The notes beneath the pieces were generated by a model. The model saw nothing but the letters and a program-made list of their open reading frames with translations. It did no database searches and was not told the origin of the DNA. From positions 20,551 to 84,550 of the forward strand of contig JAGXTA010000046.1 in the NCBI GenBank assembly GCA_018333535.1: a stretch of DNA of 64,000 nt, given 5' to 3'. Made by a program: the position numbers and the translations under genes. Source of the stretch: Deltaproteobacteria bacterium (GTDB lineage Bacteria > Desulfobacterota > BSN033 > UBA1163). Below are positions 26,616 through 34,920 of this stretch, in pieces; within the stretch, counting starts at the first letter, position 1, and the number at the start of each line of letters is the position of its first letter.

Positions 26616-26628
26616 GGAGGTGTTTTCT

Positions 26629-26889
26629 ATGCCAGGATTTGATGGAACAGGGCCACGAGGGATGGGCCCAATGACTGGAGGAGGCAGAGGCTTTTGTGCA
26701 ATGCCAAACAGAGGCTACGGTCCATCCGGGTATAGCATGCAGGCACCTTATTATCCACCTTCCGGTGGTTATCCATTTTATGGAAGATCATTTTCCGGCC
26801 CCGTCTTTGGCGCAGGCCGTGATGGCCTCCCATGGGGTGGAGGCCGCGGAAGATGTTTTGGTGGCGGGCGAGGGTTCCGTCGTTGGTAG
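26629..26889 (+). CDS. DUF5320 family small protein, paralog 2
   Basis: MPGFDGTGPRGMGPMTGGGRGFC hallmark. RBS GGGAGGTG. The ORF track begins at an upstream GTG at 26620. Confidence 0.7.
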   Translation: MPGFDGTGPRGMGPMTGGGRGFCAMPNRGYGPSGYSMQAPYYPPSGGYPFYGRSFSGPVFGAGRDGLPWGGGRGRCFGGGRGFRRW

Positions 26890-27047
26890 TGGCAATTTGT
26901 AGTGATTGCATGGGGGCCATCGATGGAACCCAACCCCCTAACCCCTTTAGGGGAGAAGGGAGACCTGCCTACCGGCAGGCATGGGGAGTATTTCTTGCGC
27001 TATACTCTGTGCGCTATGCGGTTTTGTAGGTATAGGAGGTGATAAAA

Positions 27048-27278
27048 ATGCCAAGAGGAGACGGAAAATGTCCCCCCGGAGGCAGTGGTCCAGGAACAGG
27101 AAGGGGTGCCGGAATGGGTGGATCTCGTAAGGGAAGAATGGGTGGTTCCAAAGCAGGTGCAGGCCCTGGAGGAGAATGTATGTGTCCAAAATGCGGGACG
27201 ACTGCTCCTCATGAGGCTGGAGGGCCTTGTTCATTTAAGAACTGCCCGAAATGCGGTGCAAAGATGGTGAGAAAATAA
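27048..27278 (+). CDS. DUF5320-like small protein, paralog 3, with a C-terminal CxxC...CxxC zinc ribbon
   Basis: MPRGDGKCPPGGSGPGTGRGAGMGG... followed by CPKCG...CPKCG. RBS TAGGAGGTG. Confidence 0.65.
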   Translation: MPRGDGKCPPGGSGPGTGRGAGMGGSRKGRMGGSKAGAGPGGECMCPKCGTTAPHEAGGPCSFKNCPKCGAKMVRK

Positions 27279-27300
27279 TTTATTCGATAAGAAAACGAAA

Positions 27301-27777
27301 TTGGATTTAAAAATAGGGGAATCCATGAATGAAATGTTGACCGGTCAAAAAAGGCAGGGAGAAGTCAATCTACACAGAAATTGTTTTGCCTGTGGTTCAA
27401 ATGTCGGAATAGGTTTAGGACTAAAGTTTTATAAGAATGAAGATGGAGCTGTCTTCGGAAGTTTCTTTGCAGATTCGAAGTTTGAAGGTTATTCGGGCAT
27501 CATTCATGGAGGAATTATAGCTACTCTGTTGGATTCTGCGATGACCCACTGTCTCTTAATGAAAGATATCCCTGCCCTCACGGGAAGATTGTCGATCAAG
27601 TATTCTACCCCCATTCGAACAGGAACAGTTGTGAAGTTAGAAGCAAGGATTGTTGACCAAGTCCATGAAATGTTCATTTTACAAGGGAAGGCTTGGGTGG
27701 ATGGGAAGAAGGTGGCAAGTGCAGAGGCCAAATATAGGAGCATGAAAAGAAGGGGCAATCAAGAGGCGAAGAAATGA
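27301..27777 (+). CDS. PaaI/hotdog-fold thioesterase family protein
   Basis: GIIHGGIIATLLDSAM motif and length. Confidence 0.75.
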   Translation: MDLKIGESMNEMLTGQKRQGEVNLHRNCFACGSNVGIGLGLKFYKNEDGAVFGSFFADSKFEGYSGIIHGGIIATLLDSAMTHCLLMKDIPALTGRLSIKYSTPIRTGTVVKLEARIVDQVHEMFILQGKAWVDGKKVASAEAKYRSMKRRGNQEAKK

Positions 27778-27992
27778 CGCTTTTCCCATCTAAGGATCCT
27801 TCTTTAGAAAATAAATTGATCGGGAATATTCTAAGGGAATATCCCCGGATGGCCAGGATCATGGAAAGATATTTTGGTGGACATTGCCTGGAAAGGTCTG
27901 GCTTTAAGATCCAGACACTCGGGATGGCCTGCATCCTATTCGGCGTCGATCAGAAGCAGTTGCTTCAAGAATTTGAGAAAATCCAAAATTGA
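27774..27992 (+). CDS. DUF1858 domain protein (hybrid-cluster-protein-associated redox disulfide-like)
   Basis: IGNILREYPRMARIMERYFGGHCLERSGFKIQTLGMACILFGVD matches the DUF1858 pattern (Y-P...HC...C...TL.EA....G.D). Confidence 0.6.
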   Translation: MTLFPSKDPSLENKLIGNILREYPRMARIMERYFGGHCLERSGFKIQTLGMACILFGVDQKQLLQEFEKIQN

Positions 27993-28951
27993 TAGACATG
28001 ACAAAAAACCCAAGTGGCCCGAAATACATCTTTGGACCGGTTCCTTCCAGAAGATTGGGAAGATCCTTGGGAGTCGATCTTGTCCCATATAAAACCTGTA
28101 CCTTTGATTGCATCTATTGCGATTTGGGAAGGACCACTTTTAAAACAACCTCTCGAAAATCTTATGTATCAACTGAGGAAGTCCAAAGGGAACTGGATCT
28201 TACTTTATCTCCCTTAGAAAAGAAGCCAGATTACATTACTCTCTCCGGGTCAGGGGAGCCCACATTGAATCAAAATATTGGAGATATCATCCACACCATC
28301 AAGCATTGGACTTCTATCCCTGTGGCAGTTCTAACGAACGGCTCTCTCCTCTCTATCGAAGAAGTCAGAAAAGATTTAATTGATGCCGATGTGGTTTTGC
28401 CTTCTCTCGATGCCATCAACGACGTGACTTTCCAGTGTTTGAACAGACCTCACCCGTCGTTAAAAATAGATGAAATCATTTTGGGTCTCATTCAATTTCG
28501 AAATCAGTATCGAGGCCAAATCTGGCTCGAAGTGGTCTTTTGCAGAGGGATAAACGACGATAAAGAGGAGATTGAAAGACTCAAAGGGATCATCGAAAGA
28601 ATCCAGCCCGATAGGGTTCAATTGAACACACCCGTCAGGCCGCCTGCTGAAGAATTTGCTTATCCCTTAACAACAACTCAGATTGAAGAAATAAGGAAAA
28701 AATTGGGAGATAAGGCGGAGATTATTTCTGAATTTACTGCTCCCCTGGGAGAAGAATTTAACTCCGTGAAGGATACAGAGATTCTTAACTTGATCAAGAG
28801 AAGACCTTGCACAACGGAAGATATTTCTAAAGCTCTTGGACTCCGTATAGATGAAGTTGTGAAGCATTTAGATCATCTTACAAAAACAGGGCCAATCCGA
28901 TATCGAATGTATGAGCACCATTGTTATTACGAGTTTAATGTAACTAATTGA
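27989..28951 (+). CDS. Radical SAM protein (COG0731-like) with a C-terminal winged-helix-like region
   Basis: CTFDCIYCDLG CX3CX2C motif near the N-terminus. 320 aa. Confidence 0.8.
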   Translation: MIDMTKNPSGPKYIFGPVPSRRLGRSLGVDLVPYKTCTFDCIYCDLGRTTFKTTSRKSYVSTEEVQRELDLTLSPLEKKPDYITLSGSGEPTLNQNIGDIIHTIKHWTSIPVAVLTNGSLLSIEEVRKDLIDADVVLPSLDAINDVTFQCLNRPHPSLKIDEIILGLIQFRNQYRGQIWLEVVFCRGINDDKEEIERLKGIIERIQPDRVQLNTPVRPPAEEFAYPLTTTQIEEIRKKLGDKAEIISEFTAPLGEEFNSVKDTEILNLIKRRPCTTEDISKALGLRIDEVVKHLDHLTKTGPIRYRMYEHHCYYEFNVTN

Positions 28952-29023
28952 AAAAACCCTCCCCTTTTCCCCTCTCCCTGCTGGGGATAGGGTAAGGGTG
29001 AGGGGTGACAGGTAACGAAGATC

Positions 29024-29890
29024 ATGATCATTTCAATCGCAAGCGGGAAAGGAGGGACCGGAAAGACCACCATCGCCGTTAATTTAGCTCTCTCTCTATC
29101 AAAAGGGACTGTCCAACTAATTGATTGCGATGTGGAGGAACCTAATTCCCACCTTTTTCTATCCCCCACCATCCACCAGGTTACCTCTATGGGAATTCCG
29201 GTCCCCCGAATTGATGAATCAAAATGTACATATTGCGGCAAATGTGGAAAGGTCTGTGAATACCATGCAATTGCTGTCATTTTGAAAAACGTTCTGGTTT
29301 TCGACGAGCTCTGCCACGGATGCGGTGCCTGCTCTTACTTATGCCCAGAAAAAGCCATATTCGAAGTGGAAAGAGAGATTGGAATTGTCCAGGAAGGAAG
29401 TGCGGATGGAATTCCATTCGTTAATGGAGTTCTTAATATTGGAGAACCCATGGCTTCTCCACTGATCCGGAAGGTAAAGGAGAGTATTCAAAAGGATAAA
29501 ACCGTCATTCTCGATGCCCCTCCAGGGACAGCCTGCCCTGTTATTGAAACCGTCAAAGGAAGTGATTTTTGCGTCCTCGTTACAGAGCCGACCCCCTTTG
29601 GGCTGAATGATTTAGAGTTAGCTGTAGGAATGTTGGAAAAATTAGGAATTTCGATGGGAGTTGTAATCAACAAGGCGGATGTTGGGGACCGAGAAGTCTG
29701 GGATTACTGCCAATCGAAAAATATCCCTATTTTAATGGAAATTCCCATGGATCGGAGGATTGCTGAATCCTATTCAAGGGGAGTTCCAATTGTTGTCGAA
29801 TATCCTTCTTACAAGCAGGGATTCAAAGGTCTATTTGAAAAGGTGGAGAAACTCCATGAGTCAAGTCGAAGAAATGGAGCAGTTAAGTGA
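29024..29890 (+). CDS. MinD/ParA-type P-loop ATPase with a 2x[4Fe-4S] ferredoxin insert
   Basis: Walker A ASGKGGTGKTT, then CTYCGKCGKVCEYHA and CHGCGACSYLCP ferredoxin motifs. Confidence 0.85.
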   Translation: MIISIASGKGGTGKTTIAVNLALSLSKGTVQLIDCDVEEPNSHLFLSPTIHQVTSMGIPVPRIDESKCTYCGKCGKVCEYHAIAVILKNVLVFDELCHGCGACSYLCPEKAIFEVEREIGIVQEGSADGIPFVNGVLNIGEPMASPLIRKVKESIQKDKTVILDAPPGTACPVIETVKGSDFCVLVTEPTPFGLNDLELAVGMLEKLGISMGVVINKADVGDREVWDYCQSKNIPILMEIPMDRRIAESYSRGVPIVVEYPSYKQGFKGLFEKVEKLHESSRRNGAVK

Positions 29891-30320
29891 TGAGGTGGGC
29901 TACCTCGTCTATAATGAAACGTTGATCGATCACTTTATGCATCCCAGAAATGCGGGAGAAATAGAAAACCCCGATGCAATGGCGACCGTTGGTGATCCTA
30001 CCTGCGGGGATTTTATTAGGGTGTACCTGAAGGTGGAAGCCGGGAAGATATCCGTCTTTAAATTTTTGACCCAGGGTTGTCCTGGAGCCATTTCCACTTC
30101 CAGCATTGCCACAGAAATGGCTATTGGTAAGACTCTCGATGAGGCGTTGAAATTGACAGACAACGATGTGATCGAAGCTGCCGGTGGCATCCCGTCAAGA
30201 AAAGCCCACTGCTCCCTTCTGGCAATCAGAGGATTGCATCAGGCCATTTTGAATTATCACACCTCATCCCATCCCTCGCCCCAAGAAGGAAGGGGGGAGG
30301 GTGAAGAGGAAAGGAAGTAG
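29856..30320 (+). CDS. NifU N-terminal/IscU-like Fe-S cluster scaffold domain protein
   Basis: HFMHPRNAG...GDPTCGD...TQGCPGAISTSSIATEM...GKTLDEA. RBS GGTGGAG. The C-terminal 17 aa are encoded by a G-rich REP element. Confidence 0.8.
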   Translation: MSQVEEMEQLSDEVGYLVYNETLIDHFMHPRNAGEIENPDAMATVGDPTCGDFIRVYLKVEAGKISVFKFLTQGCPGAISTSSIATEMAIGKTLDEALKLTDNDVIEAAGGIPSRKAHCSLLAIRGLHQAILNYHTSSHPSPQEGRGEGEEERK

Positions 30321-30323
30321 TAA

Positions 30324-31205
30324 GTGGAACAAAATGAAATTAAACAATTAGCCATTGTCAGTGGAAAAGGTGGAACAGGAAAAACCACTCTTGCTGCTGC
30401 TTTTGCCGCTTTAGCTAAGAATAAAGTGATGGTGGACTGCGATGTGGACGCGGCAGACCTGCATCTCTTGCTTCAGCCGAAGATCCTAATGCAAGAGAAG
30501 TACTTTGGGGGAAGATCACCGCATGTCGATTTGGATAAATGCACCCAGTGTGGGCTCTGTACTGAGGTATGCCGCTTCCATGCCATTGATAATGGGGTGG
30601 TTGATCCTGTTTCGTGTGAGGGGTGTGGCTTTTGTAGACACATTTGCCCTGAAGAAGCCATTGTGATGGAAGAGGCTTTTTCAGGAGATTGGTTTGTCTC
30701 CGAAACACCCTATGGTCCATTTGTCCATGCACGATTGGGAATAGGAGAGGAGAATTCCGGTAAACTCGTAACTGTCGTCCGAAAAAAAACGGTTGAGATT
30801 GCAAAAGAGAAGAACCTTGACCTCATACTGATCGACGGCCCCCCAGGCATCGGATGTCCGGTCACGGCCTCGTTGACCGGAGTGAATCTGGTCTTAGCCA
30901 TCACAGAGCCTACTCTTTCAGGAATTCATGATTTGGAAAGAATCTTGAAACTCTCCGATCACTTTAAAATTCCCTCGATGGTCTGCGTCAATAAATTCGA
31001 CATTAACCTTGAGAATACGGCCCAAATAGCATCCTACTGCAAGAAGAACGGTTCCCGCCTCATCGGTCAAATTCCTTACGAGCCAAAAGTGGTCGAGGCA
31101 CTGGTTCAAAGGAAGACAGTGATAGACTACCCTTGCAATGAAGTTCAGGGGATTTTGCTCAAGATGTGGCAGGGCATAGAGATGACTCTGCGGGGCGAAG
31201 CATGA
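30324..31205 (+). CDS. MinD/ParA-type P-loop ATPase with a 2x[4Fe-4S] ferredoxin insert (second paralog)
   Basis: Walker A VSGKGGTGKTT, then CTQCGLCTEVCRFHA and CEGCGFCRHICP. Confidence 0.85.
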   Translation: MEQNEIKQLAIVSGKGGTGKTTLAAAFAALAKNKVMVDCDVDAADLHLLLQPKILMQEKYFGGRSPHVDLDKCTQCGLCTEVCRFHAIDNGVVDPVSCEGCGFCRHICPEEAIVMEEAFSGDWFVSETPYGPFVHARLGIGEENSGKLVTVVRKKTVEIAKEKNLDLILIDGPPGIGCPVTASLTGVNLVLAITEPTLSGIHDLERILKLSDHFKIPSMVCVNKFDINLENTAQIASYCKKNGSRLIGQIPYEPKVVEALVQRKTVIDYPCNEVQGILLKMWQGIEMTLRGEA

Positions 31206-31942
31206 CCGAATACAAGAAATATTGTTATTGGTTGGATTCGAACAGGTTCACATTGGTCAAGAAAGTTCTTGAGGAAGAAGGGAATCAAGGGACCGATGAA
31301 ACTCATTTGCCATGTCGCGTCATCAAAACCTCGACGGAGCTGGGTTATATCGCCCCTTCTGCCTGGAACGGGTTCTGTAAAAGAAGAACTTCCTGGTATT
31401 GGAAGTCTGATAAGGCAGAAAAATTCCTGATTGTCAGTAACAAACCAATGGACATTGCAGGGCGTAAAGATCCAATTACGATTGTGGAGTCGAATTTCAA
31501 ACCCGATCGCTTACCTTCCGAGAAAGAGATTCTTGAATTGATCGAATTAGACGAATACCGCAAGAGAAAACCGAAGGGATGGGACAAGCCTGAGGCTATC
31601 GAAAAGGATTTCTACCAGATATACTTTGAGCGCTATGGGGCCACAGACTCTTTTGATTTCGAAAAACTCCTTAAATACCATTCGGCAAATCATGCCAATT
31701 TCATCGATCCTCAATTCTTCGAAAATATCAAGGGAGAAAAGGCGCCTTATTCGATTTCGGATAGCTTTTATGTCTGTTCCTCATGTCTTGAATTTTTCAA
31801 CATTCTGGGAGAAAAATGGCCAATCAAATATGTAGTGCCGTGCATTGGTGCGGTTAAGTTTGCTGGCCTTCCAATGAACCATTATTTTGAAGTCAAAACT
31901 TTTGGGGCCGTTAACTCAGATGGTAGAGTATCTGCCTTTTAA
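31202..31942 (+). CDS. Hypothetical protein (246 aa, no recognisable domain). The 3' end overlaps tRNA-Lys.
   Basis: Long ORF starting at MTEYKKY, overlapping the stop of the upstream gene. Its last 38 nt run into the tRNA and the stop codon falls in the anticodon loop, so the true 3' end is uncertain. Confidence 0.45.
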   Translation: MTEYKKYCYWLDSNRFTLVKKVLEEEGNQGTDETHLPCRVIKTSTELGYIAPSAWNGFCKRRTSWYWKSDKAEKFLIVSNKPMDIAGRKDPITIVESNFKPDRLPSEKEILELIELDEYRKRKPKGWDKPEAIEKDFYQIYFERYGATDSFDFEKLLKYHSANHANFIDPQFFENIKGEKAPYSISDSFYVCSSCLEFFNILGEKWPIKYVVPCIGAVKFAGLPMNHYFEVKTFGAVNSDGRVSAF

Positions 31943-31977
31943 GCAGAGAGTCGTGGGTTCGAGTCCCGCACGGCCCA
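31905..31977 (+). tRNA. tRNA-Lys (anticodon UUU)
   Basis: Manual cloverleaf fold. Acceptor stem GGGCCGT/ACGGCCC (7/7 bp). D arm ACTC/GAGT. Anticodon stem TCTGC/GCAGA with loop CTTTTAA. T arm GTGGG-TTCGAGT-CCCGC. Discriminator A. CCA is not encoded. Confidence 0.85.
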
Positions 31978-31989
31978 CTATTCTAATAA

Positions 31990-32292
31990 ATGGAACAAAG
32001 ATTCAGTCACGAGATGAAAATGGTCCCCATTGAGTTGAAACCCAATCTATCGAGTTGTATTGAAACCCTATCGAAAAGAGAATATGAAAGGACACTCAAT
32101 CTCCTTCTTAAAGAAGGGAGTGTGGACAAAAGGCTTGGAGAAAGGCTTGAAGTTTTAAGGCTGTTTCTGGAGTCAACAGATTTTGGTCACCTTCGAAGTC
32201 AATATGAAGGATATCTCACGGAGGGGAAAAAGGTCACATTCCTCATCTATCCCGAAGAGGGGAAAGCGAGGTATAAGTTGGTAGTGGAATGA
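31990..32292 (+). CDS. Hypothetical protein
   Basis: 100-aa ORF downstream of the tRNA. No recognisable domain. Confidence 0.35.
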   Translation: MEQRFSHEMKMVPIELKPNLSSCIETLSKREYERTLNLLLKEGSVDKRLGERLEVLRLFLESTDFGHLRSQYEGYLTEGKKVTFLIYPEEGKARYKLVVE

Positions 32293-32407
32293 TAGGGTGT
32301 TACGACAAGCTGATCTGATAGAGGGTTTTTTGCAGCGGGTTGGTGAATTTGCAGGGAAATAATCTAACTGACGAGTCACTCTCTTCAGTTTTTGGAAGGA
32401 GGATTAT

Positions 32408-32641
32408 ATGCCGATTTATGAGTACCGTTGTGAGAGGTGTGGTCAAGAGAATGAATTTCTAATTATAGGAAGGAAGGAGAAACTCCGATGCAAACAATGC
32501 GGGAGCGAGGATTTGACGAAGCTGCTGTCTGCCCATAATACATCCAACAGCTCTTCGCGAAGATCTTCTGAACCCGGTCCCGGAGGCTGTTGCGGGGCGC
32601 CTAATTCCTGCGGAACACCGGGGAGTTGTTGTTCTGGGTAG
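32408..32641 (+). CDS. FmdB-family zinc-ribbon protein with a Cys/Gly/Ser-rich tail
   Basis: MPIYEYRCERCG...CKQCGS hallmark. RBS GGAAGGAGG. Confidence 0.7.
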   Translation: MPIYEYRCERCGQENEFLIIGRKEKLRCKQCGSEDLTKLLSAHNTSNSSSRRSSEPGPGGCCGAPNSCGTPGSCCSG

Positions 32642-32713
32642 GTATGGCACTTCTACGGTTCTTTTCTTAAGAGGGTGTTCGGGTAGTAAAAAGATAAAAA
32701 GGAGGTGAAAACC

Positions 32714-32998
32714 ATGTTATCAAATATACCCATCAATCTTGAGCTTGTTGGAAAGGGAGACACGGACAAAGAAATACTAAGGGCCGGGGTCATCGCGGAA
32801 CTGGACGCTATCAACCTTTACGAACAAATGGCCGCCATGGCCAAAGATAAGAATCTCAAAAAAATTCTGCTTGATATAGCCAAAGAAGAGAAAACTCATG
32901 TCGGAGAATTCCTGACACTGCTCCTGAGAAAAGACGGAGAGCAAGAAGCGGAGCTAGAAAAGGGAAAAAAAGAGGTTGAAGAGTTGATGGAAAAGTAG
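32714..32998 (+). CDS. Ferritin-like/rubrerythrin-like small protein (EncFtn-like)
   Basis: ELDAINLYEQMA...IAKEEKTHVGEF, with the E..H di-iron ligand pattern. Strong RBS AAGGAGGTG. An alternative GTG lies at 32705. Confidence 0.6.
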   Translation: MLSNIPINLELVGKGDTDKEILRAGVIAELDAINLYEQMAAMAKDKNLKKILLDIAKEEKTHVGEFLTLLLRKDGEQEAELEKGKKEVEELMEK

Positions 32999-33131
32999 GA
33001 ATGGTAGGACGTTTCTAAGGATGTTGTCGCCGAGGATATTCATTGTCATATTGAAGATATTGTTTCAAATTCCAAATTGGATTCTAAAAGTGATAAAATG
33101 AGACTAGAACGAAGACCAAAGGAGGTGTCTT

Positions 33132-33839
33132 ATGGCCGAAGCAATAGATGGATGCGTGAAACCGGCAAAAGGGCCAATTATGGCTGGAGAATCGAAAGCC
33201 TCTCAACTGTCACCAATTCAAAAGGAGGAAATCAAAATGATCGCTCGAGTTGGCAAACCGGCGCCCGATTTTGAGGCAAGCGCCTATGTGGATGGGGGAT
33301 TCAAGAACATTAAGCTTTCAAATTATAAAGGAAAGTGGGTCGTCCTTTGCTTTTACCCTGGAGATTTTACCTTTGTCTGACCTACTGAATTGTCGGCAGT
33401 TGCCGCCAAATATCAAGAATTCAAGTCCCTTGGCGTAGAATTTTTATCATTCAGCACAGACAGTCGTTTTACCCACAAGATCTGGCAGGAGGAGGAGCTC
33501 TCAAAAATGGTTCCAGGTGGAGTGCCATTTCCAATGCTGTCAGATGCAGGTGGTCGTATTGGTAGTGTCTATGGAGTCTACGATGAAGATGCAGGGGTGG
33601 ACATTCGGGGTCGTTTTTTAATCGATCCGGATGGAGTCATTCAAGCCATGGAGACGGTCACGCCACCGGTGGGCCGGAACGTTTCTGAACTGATCCGACA
33701 GGTCAAGGCTTTTCAGCATACACGCGTTACAGGTGAGGTGATGCCTTCCGGATGGCAGCCTGGAAAACCGACCTTAAAGCCCGGTCCTGATTTGGTGGGA
33801 AAAGTTTGGAAGGTCTGGAAACCGGAAATGGCCTATTAA
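33132..33839 (+). CDS. Peroxiredoxin (AhpC/Tsa family) with in-frame UGA (selenocysteine predicted) at the peroxidatic-Cys position. Copy 1.
   Basis: ...FYPGDFTFV[TGA 33378-33380]PTEL... where the family has FVCPTE. The ORF track shows two same-frame ORFs split only by this TGA. The N-terminal 35-aa extension is conserved by synonymous changes in copy 2. Confidence 0.8.
33392..33407 (+). promoter_or_regulatory. Candidate bacterial SECIS hairpin 11 nt downstream of UGA in copy 1
   Basis: GTCGGCAGTTGCCGCC, a small stem-loop with GUU in the loop. Conserved in copy 2 at 38734-38749. Confidence 0.4.
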
Positions 33840-33878
33840 ATTTTTTCTGGATATGTCCCAGGGAGGCGGTCACGATCA

Positions 33879-34853
33879 ATGAACGATATCATTCAAGTGA
33901 GAGATCTAACGAAGTTCTATGGGAACACCCCTGCTATTGACCATATCTCCTTTGAAGTCAAAAAAGGGGAGGTCTTTGGTTTCCTTGGACCAAATGGAGC
34001 AGGGAAAACGACCACCATTCGGATGATGGTAGGCCTGACCCAACCCAGTTCCGGCACCGCATTGGTCGATGGCCACGATATTTTGAAGGAACCCGTGGAG
34101 GTCAAAAAGACAATTGGCCTTGTACCTGAAACCTCAAACCTCTATGGGGAGCTTACCGCACTTGAAAACCTTATCTATCAGGCAGAGATCTATGGAGTTC
34201 CAAGAAAAGAGCGCCGAATTAAAGCGATCCAGCTTCTTGAGGAATTCGGTTTGAAGGAACATCAAGACAAATCTTTTCAGAAATTATCGAGAGGATTAAA
34301 GCGAAGGCTAACGATTGCCGCTGCATTGATCCACCATCCCAAAATCCTCTTCCTTGATGAACCCACTACAGGTCTGGATGTGATGAGTGCAAGGGGGCTG
34401 AGGAAACTTATCCTTGATTCAAAAAAGAAAGGATTAACCATCTTTCTCACCACTCATTATATCCCTGAAGCAGAAAGCCTTTGTGATCGTATTGCTATTA
34501 TTGTTCAAGGGAAAATACGGGTCGTGGATACCCCCGAAAATATAAGAGACCAGATGAAGGAGGCCGAAGTCCTTGAGATCGGACTGGATCGCACTCCAGA
34601 GGATTTAAAGAGTAAGCTCCCTTCCGTGGATGGGATCGACAAGATTGTGATAGACGAAAACCGTATCCGTTTTCATACCAGGAGACTCGATCAGGTTGCA
34701 TCTCCTGTTATGAGATTCCTTGAAGGACACGGGGCCAAAATTAAATCGATTAATACGTTGAGTCCAAGCCTTGAAGATGCTTTTGTGAAAATAACCGGTC
34801 TCGATTCAGAGTTGATGAAGATCGATAAGCCAATGAAAGCAGGTCCGGAATAA
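33879..34853 (+). CDS. ABC transporter ATP-binding protein (ABC-2 type exporter)
   Basis: Walker A GPNGAGKTT, signature LSRGLKRRLTIA and Walker B LFLDEP. Confidence 0.9.
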   Translation: MNDIIQVRDLTKFYGNTPAIDHISFEVKKGEVFGFLGPNGAGKTTTIRMMVGLTQPSSGTALVDGHDILKEPVEVKKTIGLVPETSNLYGELTALENLIYQAEIYGVPRKERRIKAIQLLEEFGLKEHQDKSFQKLSRGLKRRLTIAAALIHHPKILFLDEPTTGLDVMSARGLRKLILDSKKKGLTIFLTTHYIPEAESLCDRIAIIVQGKIRVVDTPENIRDQMKEAEVLEIGLDRTPEDLKSKLPSVDGIDKIVIDENRIRFHTRRLDQVASPVMRFLEGHGAKIKSINTLSPSLEDAFVKITGLDSELMKIDKPMKAGPE

Positions 34854-34920
34854 TTTCCTCTCTCTCCCCCATGCGCCTGCCTGCCGGTAGGCAGGGGAGA
34901 GGGCGAGGGTGAGGGGGAAT

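Noticed and set aside
26620-26628. Upstream GTG start for DUF5320 paralog 2 (MFSMPGF...) and the ORF-track starts at 10545, 19331, 21203, 23837, 34909, 36049, 42252 and 56547
   Set aside because: Internal ATG or GTG codons give better spacing to purine-rich RBS sequences. They also match the canonical family N-termini (MPGFDGTGP, MKTYG signal peptide, MKVGFAV, MKIAIP, MLKEMNRRDFL Tat signal, and others). Several of the upstream extensions run through repeat elements or the preceding gene.
33077-33274. 65-aa ORF overlapping the peroxiredoxin start in another frame
   Set aside because: It lies out of frame with the conserved, synonymous-substitution-supported peroxiredoxin N-terminal extension.
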